Positions 54,761 to 64,000 of a stretch of 64,000 nt of DNA are shown here, piece after piece. The notes beneath the pieces are model-generated. The model saw nothing but the letters and a program-made list of their open reading frames with translations, made no database searches and had not been told where the DNA came from. The number at the start of each line of letters is the position of its first letter. Within the stretch, counting starts at the first letter, position 1. The stretch is taken from positions 41,726,001 to 41,790,000 of the forward strand of contig CM052839.1 of assembly GCA_028534125.1 (NCBI GenBank), written 5' to 3'. A program made the position numbers and the translations under genes. The stretch is from Lama glama (Eukaryota).

Positions 54761-56889
54761 TACTCTGAGGAGCAGTTGGGTGGGCGGAGTGCCCGCCCCA
54801 CCTTCCCAAGTGGGCTGCCTCCCACCCTGCTCCAAATCCTATCTCCCTCCCTCCCACCTGCACATTTTTCCCCGGGACTGTGTGATGTCACCCTTGAGCC
54901 TCTGTGGGTCCTGCACACAGATAGCCCTGTGCCCTCTTGTCCCCACCACATGACCTGCGCCAGTCCCTAGAGCAGAGCCAGGTTGGCCTCTCCCTGGAGT
55001 CTGCAGGCCCCTGTCCTCCTCCAGGGCATCACTCCCAGCTTCCTCTGACTTCTGACCCAGTGACCTGGGTTGGGGGAGAGAGAGCAAGAACAGGCACCCC
55101 CAGGAGCCCCAGGCCGATTGATGAGTTGGCGCCACCCTCCCCCACGGCTGGAATGTGAGGCCACCAGCTCAGCTGTTTGTCCAGGAGGCTGAGGTCACTG
55201 CAGGCCTGTTTTCACTCCCAGTCCCTGGAGCCTCCGGGACTTTCCTGTGTTTGTTCCCTGAACCTGCTGCAGGGCCTCGGGTCAAGTGGGCACCTGGGAG
55301 CCTCCCCACTACCTGTTGATCCTTGGAGAAGTGGGGTTCCTGCTCTGGCTCCCCCAAAAAAGGCACAAACCTCTCATACCCACCCCTTCCCCCACCTCCC
55401 GCTAGTGGTGGCCTTTCCAGTGTCCCGAGAAGGTGAGGTGCTCTGAGGTCTGGTCTTTACCTTTTCCCAGCTGGGGTGGGTTTGAATTGCCATAGGATGT
55501 GTGTCTCTGCCAGAAAGTTCCCCCAGCTCTGCCACATATGTGCCTCCCATGGTCCTTTCATATGCAGTGTCTCAGCCTGATGGTTAATTTTTATCACCTC
55601 CCAAAAAGCCGGAAACTTCAGGGCATCCTTCAAGTCTCAGCTCAGCTACATTCTTCTCTCTTAGGACATCCCCTCCTTCTCCCCAGCCTGGGCCAAGTGC
55701 CCCCTGTGCCTCCCTGTCAGAGCACCCGGCACACTGCAGCACCTTGTCTTTACCTGCCCCTGCTCCAGAGTAGGCTCCTCGGGGCAGGAACTGGCTCCGC
55801 CTCCTTCCTTTCAGAGTCTAGTGCTGAATGAATGAAGCCATTTCCAGGGTGGGCCTGGCCCCTGTGTTTCCAAGGACAGACCCTGATGTCCTGTGGTCAG
55901 TGGGAGGAAGCCAGAAGCGGGAACAAACATGATCCTTCCTCCTTCCCCCAAGGATGATCCAGAAATAGTTCCCCTTGGATTGGAAGTGTATTCTATGGTG
56001 GGCAGATGGTTTTGGAGCCTTAAGCTGGTTTCTTTGTTGGGAGTACATTTCTTCTCCCAATTTGCTTCCACTTGGACCTGTGGGAAAGGGAGCCTTTCTG
56101 AGCGCACCCCAGCACCCCAGGGGAGCTGGAACTGGGAGAGCCAGAGATGGGGGCTGGGGAGGGGGCAGCCAGGAAGCCTGGGGCTAGGACTGCGGCTGCA
56201 GAGACCTCATCAGCCCTGGGGGTGGACCCAGCTCCACTGTGGGTCCCAGGTGTGGAGTGGGATGGGCCAGCACCCCTGACTGTATGCTCTGCACCTCGCC
56301 TGCTCCGGCTCCTAAGCTGAGAGTCCCTTGGCAGGCTTCCCTGAAGTTAGAAGGAGGAGTCTGCCCAGGTGTACTGACTCCCAAGAGAGAGTTCTGCTGG
56401 GCCCCATTAGAAATGTCCCTGCCTCTCCCCTCCCCCATTTGGGTTCTGACTTGAGAGCCTCTGCATTCCCACCTCCTAGCCCATTCTGGAGAGAGGCTTG
56501 TGAAGTTTCCCTTTCTGTTTAACCAGAGTTTTATGGGTCTTCAGAAAACAGGTTAACAATTAAGCTTAATTAACCTCAGGGCCTCTGGCCCTCCTGGTTC
56601 CTATAAAGCCAGGCTAAATGGCTTCCTCCCCCGGCTTCTCCCGTTGGCTTTATAAGGCCACAGGTGTCTAGGAGCAAGCATCAGAGCATTAGGCAGCCCC
56701 GGCCTCCAGGTACAGAGCTCTGTCTGGTTTCCTCTCCTGAAACCGGGAACCAGAACCACACTCCAGGGGTCTGGCCCTCCTGGCCCAGAGGGTGGCTGCC
56801 TTCGGTGCTAGGGGAGAGAGGCCAGTGCCTCCCTTGCCCTGGTCCTCAGCAGCTCCTCCCCTTTCCCCAGGGGGCTGCACAGGAGCAAG

Positions 56890-56964
56890 ATGAGGCGGTT
56901 CCTGAGGCCGGGACATGACCCTGCGAGAGAGAGGCTCAAGCGGGACCTCTTCCAGTTTAACAAG
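56890..56964 (+). CDS. LLGL2: Lethal(2) giant larvae homolog 2, first coding exon ([25 protein letters not shown]); gene continues beyond the window
   Basis: Acceptor ctcccctttccccAG at 56870, ATG at 56890, donor AAG|GTAAGG at 56965. The peptide is the recognisable LLGL2 N-terminus and fits the known synteny. Confidence 0.93.
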
Positions 56965-57194
56965 GTAAGGGGAAGCGGGGGGCCAACAGGGTTTTATGTC
57001 AGGTTTGAAGGTGTCCCTCTCACCACAGGCTGGGTTGGGGGCACTTGAGTCGCCCTTACCTGGATTAAGGTACTTACTTGTAACTGCCTGCAATGCCTCG
57101 TGGGAATCTGACTTTGGAAATGGGGTCTGGTTAGAGAGGCTTTCCTGGGGAAGGGCAGTAGGATGCCCAGGAGTTGGCACTCCTTGTCCCAAGT

Positions 57195-57315
57195 TTCTCA
57201 CTGACTCTGTGACCTCTGCAAGTCAACTCTGTCCCTTCCAGCCTCAGTTTCCCCATGTGTAAAATGGGGATAAAACAACCTGCCCTGCTTACCTCCTCAT
57301 GGGGTTATTGAGGAG
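57195..57315 (+). mobile_element. MIR SINE
   Basis: gcctcagtttccccatgtgtaaaatggggataaaac core. Confidence 0.75.
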
Positions 57316-59134
57316 GCTCAGGGCTGGGGAAGATGAAAGTATGTTGAACCCTGCAAAATGTAATAATGTTCCTGTGATGCCAGTTTCCTTGGTGCCCAGG
57401 GGCCACAGGCCATGACTGTTCCCTCCCTCCCCAAATTGCCCCCAAAGGAAAATGCAGCTTTCTCTGCAGGTGAGATGCATGATTCCTTCTGACAGGCTCC
57501 AGGCCTGCGTGAGTGTGGAAAGGCGCCTGCAAGAAGGTGCCGGGGTTGGCATTTGACTACCCCAACCTTACACACCTCCTAAGGCCCCCGAAAAAAGTGT
57601 CGTGTCACTTGAGATCACAGGGAGGGTCCCAGAAGCCTCGCAGGGCTTTCCCTTGGGGGCCGGGCCTGAGAAGGTGACCTATAAAGGGAAAACGATCACA
57701 GCTTGGTTTATTAGGTCAGAGCCCACCTAGCAATCTGCAGCTGTTAGGGAGTAATTAGCACCTCACCTCTGCTTTGATCTAGGCCTTTGGCCCATGCCTG
57801 AGCTTCCCTGCACCATAAAGGCAGACTCCAGGAAGGGGAGCATCAAGATGCTCTTCCCCTCAGGGGTCCCGGGACCCCTCCAGGACATGCTGATGGGTAG
57901 GGCTCAAGTCTAGCTTAGCCACTTAGGAGCTAGGTGACCCCATGCCCATCACCCACAGCATAGGCTTGTTATGAGGATTACGTGGAATTAGATCATTTAA
58001 GTGCTAGGCAAAGTGGTCCAGGAACATTGGGTGCTGTTTGCAGGGGCTGCCTGCCTCCCAGGGATAGAGAGCTCCCAGGCGCTTGTTTTTGGTGAATCAG
58101 GGTCCCAATGTGCTCTGCGTTTTCCTCTGATTTTCTTGACCTATGACTGTGAGGCCACTGGCCTCTGGGATCAGGGCTTCCCGAAATGAACGCCTCTTCC
58201 CATTGGCAGAAGGAAGCTGTGAGCAGGGCTTTTGGGCCTTGTGATATGGGGGTGCATGTGTTATGACTGGGGGATCTTGGGGCCCCTGGGGGCCTGCCAT
58301 TCTCACTCCCAAGGGAGCAGCCCATGAGTGCTGGGTGCGGGTCTCAGAACCTCAGCATCTGCCCCAGGGCCTGGGTGACCCCTGTCGCCTTCCATTGCCC
58401 CTGATGACGCTGGGATCTCACACCCCAAAAAGGTAGCCAATTCTAGTGGAAACCGGATAAACAGGCTCAGCAAAGAGGGATAAACCCCCGCCCCAAGTTC
58501 CAACTGTGCAGCAGTAGGGTGGGGCTGGGGCGGGGCTGAGGCTGAGGAATCATCCCCCCACTTCCCCCACGTGTATTCCTCAAACCTGGCTGCCCCACCC
58601 CAAGACTTCACTGGGGAGGGTGTCTGGAGGCTCCTGAAATTCCTTCCTTCCTTTCATTTGCAAGAAACATGCATTGAGTACCTACTGTATACACAGCCCA
58701 GGGCTGCGGCTGTGAGAATCTTAGATGATAAGACCCTTGCCCTCCAGGACTTTTATAGTCTGGTGGAAGGAAGAGGGCTAATGATCAAAATTCCACTTTC
58801 TGAGTGTAGGAAGGGGAGAGTCTTAGGGGGCACTGGGGAGGGGAAGAGATTAGTTTCATCTAGGCTCTGGGTGAATGGTGGAGCCAGAAGGGTTGGGATG
58901 CCAGATTCTGGAAGATTTGGGAACCTGGGTGGTCCCACCCACACCAGCCCCACCCCAGACCCCTCTTCCGTGAGCGGATCTCATTTATGATTCAGAAATG
59001 CTAACATGGGACTTTTTGTTTTCCTTTTTTTCAATCTTTCAATTAGAAACAGGTAAACTCAGAGCACTCAAGGGATCTTTGCATTGACTGGAGGGCCCCA
59101 TAGTGGGGGTGGGGCCCAGGGCAGGAGTAGAGCC

Positions 59135-59305
59135 GTGTTTCCAACCTCAGCACTATTGACATGTGGGGCCTGTGGGGCCTGCTGTGTTGTGAGGCTGTTT
59201 AGCAGCACCCTGGCCCCACCTCTCCAAGACGTGACAACCAGCAATGTCTCAGGACATTGCCCAGTGTCCCCTGGCAGGTAAAATGGCCCTGGTTGAGAGC
59301 TATTC
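59135..59305. mobile_element. MER20-like hAT-Charlie MITE
   Basis: tttccaacctcagcactattgacat...tgtttagcagcaccctggcc...gtgacaaccagcaatgtctcaggacattgcc...tgtcccctgg...ctggttgaga. Confidence 0.75.
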
Positions 59306-60199
59306 AGGACATGAGATTGATGAGATCTGGTGATAGAAGGAATATAAAAGGGAAGGGAGGTGGATGTCCTACAGGAGGAGGGCCTCCATCCTGGCTGGGT
59401 GGTGGGGCCACGCCCTGGGATGGGAGCCCAGGAGGGGCCAGGAGCAGGGTTGAGGAAAGTGATATGTTTGGTTTGAACAGAACAGCGAAAATGATGATCA
59501 TCGATTTATTGAGAGGCAGTTTTGCCCAGGGGTTAGTGGTGCTGACCCTGGCACCTGGCTACCAGGGTTCACCCAGCTGGGTGACTTTGGACAAGTTACT
59601 CATCTCTAAAAGGGAGAGGATAATAGAAGCTACTCCACAGTGTTGGTGTGCGTATTAAATGAGTTAATATATAAGTCGAAGGGCCCTGATTATAGTATCA
59701 GCGCATCTCTGTGAATGTTATCTGGCTTGAGGTTGAGTTTGGAGAGTCTTGGCACCCTCAGTTGAGAGCAGGTCCCAGCAGACAGTGGGATATATAGAAC
59801 TGGAGCTCTGAGCCTTGTATCTGGGGAAGCAGGAAGCGTCTGGTCACCTGTTCCAAGAGCTCCATCCCAGAAGCGCTGGACTGCAGAGCACTGTGCAGGG
59901 GATATGGGACAGTGGCCCCATCGTCAACCAGTCTCAAGTGACATACAGACCCTGGCTTCTAAACCAGTGCTGGGCCTCTCCCACCAGCACTTTCTGGCCA
60001 AACTCCTTACACCCACACCAAGAGATGTCCTGTTTCTTCAGCTTTGGTACCTGGGAAGAAACTGTGTCTGTGGACAGATTCTCTGAACCTTTTGCTGAGG
60101 ACTGATTGTCTGAGGAGCAACTCTAGTTCACCAAGGCTTCTGTGCTAAGTAGCAGAGGGACCAGGGCCAGGTTGTGCATTGTTTGGGGTGGGGACCTGG

Positions 60200-60370
60200 A
60201 GCCAGGTGGCCTGGGTCTAGATGCCAGCTGTGCTGCTTCCTCATTGAGTGACTGCAGACACGTGCCTTAACCTCTCTGCTCCTCAGTTTCCTCTTCTGTA
60301 AAATGGGCATTATAATAACCCCTACATCCAGACTAGTGTGCTAAGTGAGTTAAATTTGCTTCGAGTGGTG
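60200..60370 (+). mobile_element. MIR SINE
   Basis: ccttaacctctctgctcctcagtttcctcttctgtaaaatgggcattataata. Confidence 0.75.
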
Positions 60371-62784
60371 CCCACATATGGCTAGTCCTGAGCCAAGTTC
60401 AGCCTCGTCTTCACCTCGTCCTCTTGACAACTCATAGGTGGGTGGCGGTCCTATTCTGTAGGCAAGGAAACAGATCGAGGAGGGCCCTGGCTGGGAATGA
60501 GGACTCCCATCTGCCACCAGCTCTGTGGTCACAGGCTGGCAACTTAATGTTCTTCTCCTGTGCTGGGTGGTGGCTCCTCAGGCCTGTTGGGAAGACAGAG
60601 AAGTCGGCTGGCAGTGCCAGCAGGGCCACTGAAGACCAAATGAGGGGACAGCAGGGGAGAGGGGGATGACTGCAGGGGGTGTAAGTTCATGTTAAGTAAA
60701 ACGCCTTCCTTAAATCCCTCGAGGCCCTCCCTCTGGTGAAACCCGCCAGCCAGCTGATAAGGGCACCCAGGCCCACCCTCCCCCACCCCCAGCGCTGAAC
60801 AGTGTGTTCCTGACCAGCTGCCCCTGTTCAGGGCCAGGCTGTTTTGTCTTGGCTTTTGCGTGGCTGGGCCTCAGTGTCAGGTGACAGCCACATAGGGAGG
60901 GCTGGGTTGCTGCCACTGTCAGGAATCTGGGCTGACCACACCCAGTATGGGGCAGTGCCTCTCTGTCCCCCACCCCACTTCTGTGCACCCCCTGTGGTCC
61001 CGGGCAGCCCTCCTTCCCACCCTGCGACCAGCGCTAGGTACTCCTTGACCCTCAGTCTTGGACGGGGTGCCCCCTTGCTGGAGGCAGGGTAAGGGGCCTC
61101 AGGCTCCGTGACAAACCACCTTTGCTCTCCCCCTTCTGGGAACCTGAAATGGGGTCCTGGAGCCAGACTGAGACAGATGGGCTTTCTCTCCCACACCAGA
61201 CTAATGTTGCAGTTTGGCGGCTCCTACCAATCTCCCTTTCCCAGCTCCCTGTCAAAAGAGTTCATTGTTCTCTCCTCCCTTGGCAGAGGTCACCTGAGCC
61301 AGGTAGCTGGATGCTGAGCTCAGGAGATATGGGAGGATGGCCCAAGTGGCTGCCAGGATTTGGTCAACCTCCTAGCCTGAGCCTGAGCCGGAGACGGCTG
61401 GGGTCTCCGGCCGTGAGGGCCGGCCCTGGAATCCACACCTACCGTTCCAGGCAGAGCCCACGCCCCACCCACTATCCTGGGTGGAGGGATGATTGGGGTT
61501 ACTGTGTGCCGTGGTAGTCCCTGGGGTTGTGTCCCTGGTGCCCTGGGGTTGCTTTCTTAAGGAAGTTCATACCCTCCTTGCTCCAGGGTCCTGGGACTGT
61601 GCCTAAACCCTAAACAAGCTGGGGTGGGGGCAAGACCGGGTTCCTGCCCATGTGGACCAAATCTTCAAAGGCTGTTAGGAGTTGGAGGGAGGGACGCCCA
61701 GGGAATGGGAGGGGCACCTGAGCTTGGGAGGACAGCTGGAGTGCAGGCCAGGGGTACCTCGTGGAACCTTCCTGCTTCCCCAGGCTCCTTGGGCCCTGGG
61801 TGTTCAGCTCCTCCCTGTTCCTCTCACTTAGCTGACCTCTCCTCTCTCCCCATATCCAAATTCCTTCTCCATTTCTAGCCAGACCTTGCACCCCAAGCTG
61901 CTCGTAACTGGCCTGGGGCCCCCACACCTCCTTGCTCCACCTGGTCCCCAGCTCATGACTTGCTTTGCCTCATATGATACTGCCCATTCAGAGATTGGGT
62001 CTTATTTGCATGTTGAAGCAGGGCCACCTTCACTCCCTGGACTTGGGGAATCATCCCCTGTCACCACACTATTTACATTTGAACCACTCTCTTAACCCCA
62101 GTTAGTTAGGGCCACCGTGAAATTCCCTCCCCTTATTTTGTATTTGAGAGACCCTTGGTCCCTCCAGAGTTGTCAACTGGGAGAAGATGCCCTGAGGAAT
62201 GCGAGGGAATGAGGGAGAACCTTAGAAGGAAGTGGGGGGCTTATGGGGCAAGGCCTATGTGCTGCCTCTGTGAGACAGCCAAGCCCTCCAGCCACTGTCA
62301 GGTGGTTGTCCTGAGGCTCATCACATTTGAGCCAAGGCCAGCCTGCTCACTGCAGTCATTAGAGTTGTCGTGTTTACCACATACGAAATGAGGCTCAGGG
62401 AGGCAAAGTAGCTCACCCAAGTCCAGACACCTTTTAAGGGATAGCGGAGGATTCTAAACTTCATGGGCCTGACTCAATTCCTGTTGTTTGTTTGAAAACC
62501 AGCCTTTGGAAAAGAAGAGGGGATGGGTAATAGGGACGGGGAATGGCATAGTGTCCTCAGGACCCCGAAGAAATGAGGAATGAGTATGAGTGATTGAATG
62601 ATGGGCTCGACCTTTACCTCCCTCTGGGTTAAGAGAAAAGAGCCCACCCTGCAGGTGAGATGTTAGCAGAACTTCCTGCTGATGAGTTGAGAGGATAATG
62701 TGTGGCCTGAACCCTTGACAAAACTGCAGACTGTTTTCTCTTTGGCTTGACTTTTCTGCTGATGCACTGAGGTAGAAGTGTCTA

Positions 62785-63290
62785 GGGCAGCACCTCGGTT
62801 CAGTAGGAATATAATATGAGCCACATGTGTCAATTAAAATGTTGTCGAAGCTTCATTACAAAAATTTTTAAACAAATGTCATTAATTTTGATAACATACT
62901 CTGTTTAACCCAATATATCTGAAATATTCTTGTTTCAATATACAGTCAATAGATACTAGATTTTTTTTTTTTTGCTTAGTGGTTCTGTGTTTTAAATACA
63001 AACGTGTATTTTACACTTATGGCACATCTCAATTTGGACATTAAATTTTCTTTGGAAATATGTGGCAGTTGGAAAAGATTAGAAGCTTGGTCTGCCTAAC
63101 TGTAGCCTTTGTTCCTTTGGAACCCAAGAACATACCTGAGAAGTTTTCCAGTAATTGAATTGAGCACCCATTCTTAAATTTAGGTTAATTAAAATTAAAT
63201 AAAATTAAAAATTCAGTTCCTTGGTGGCACTAGCCACACTGCAAGTTCTCAGTGTCCCACACAGCTCGTGGCTGTTGTACTGGGCGTCAG
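62785..63290. mobile_element. MER33 / Charlie1-family DNA transposon remnant
   Basis: AT-rich block: aatataatatgagccacatgtg...tgtgtttt...tattttacacttatggcacatctcaatttggac...aaaattcagttccttggtggcactagccacac. Confidence 0.7.
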
Positions 63291-64000
63291 GGCCTGGACC
63301 CTCTACTGGCCACCAGGCTCCTGCTGGTGGTTTCCCCCAGGGCCCTCCAAATCCCAGAGGCTTTGGTGATGGGAAAATGCTCTCATCTCAGGAACCTGGC
63401 CGAGGCCTAGCGGGGGTCCTGGGGAAGCTTGTCCCACAGGCCATCACATGCCCTGCCCTCCTTTTCCTGGGAAATGTTTACATTCCAGACACTCTGCTAT
63501 CTCCCCAAGGCTTTTCCAGGCTCTGCATTTTTCACATAGCTGAACAGGAACCTGGGCTGACTGGAGATTGGAGGGGGAGGTCCTGCTGGCATACTTCTGC
63601 CCTCCCAGGTATAGCCATTTGCAGGGCAGACTGTGTTCCTGGCAAAGAACCAGGCCTGTGGGGCCCCCACACCTCTGCCTCCCCAGAATAGGCACTCCTG
63701 GGAGCCCTCCTCCCTGGGCTGACCCCAGCACAGGGCCTCCTTCTGTGAACCACCAGGCTGGACTAGCAGCATTTGAGTTTGCTCACCTATCACACCAGCT
63801 GTCACCAGGACTTATATCCTTCTGCTTCTCTGAGGCCAAGTGAAGACTGGAGCACAGAGCCTTGGGCCTGAGGAGAGCTGCCTCACTGGGGCAACCTTCT
63901 GGTGCAGGCCAGAGTCTTCATGGTTTGAGGTGGGGGGGATCTTTAAAGTAGCCGGCTGGCATCCTTTGTCTAGATCTAATCTAGCTCTGCAGGTTTAGGA

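Noticed and set aside
47400-64000. Full estrogen response element in LLGL2 introns
   Set aside because: By eye I found only half-sites or wrongly spaced pairs (e.g. GGTCActTGTCC near 48465); a PWM scan is needed.

Overview
Mammalian genomic DNA, GC-rich and gene-dense, carrying the conserved block TMEM94(+) > < CASKIN2(-) / TSEN54(+) > LLGL2(+), syntenic to human 17q25.1. Two tRNA-Ala-derived SINEs of camelid (vic-1-like) type suggest an alpaca, llama or camel genome. I hand-traced GT-AG exon chains with consistent phase for TMEM94 (31 coding exons, ~1360 aa), CASKIN2 (19 coding exons, ~1201 aa) and TSEN54 (11 exons, 531 aa). Only the first coding exon of LLGL2 lies in the window. Two 132-N gaps each hide the 5' part of one coding exon. 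The rest is intron with old MIR, L2 and hAT (MER) fragments, two CpG islands and two (TG)n tracts. I found no new gene system; nearly all track ORFs are GC-rich shadows. The most interesting points are regulatory: an alternative TMEM94 first coding exon, a mirtron-like intron, overlapping convergent 3' UTRs, uORFs, an inverted SINE pair, tandem splice sites and possible intronic polyadenylation. Comparisons to human proteins are from memory, not from a database search.
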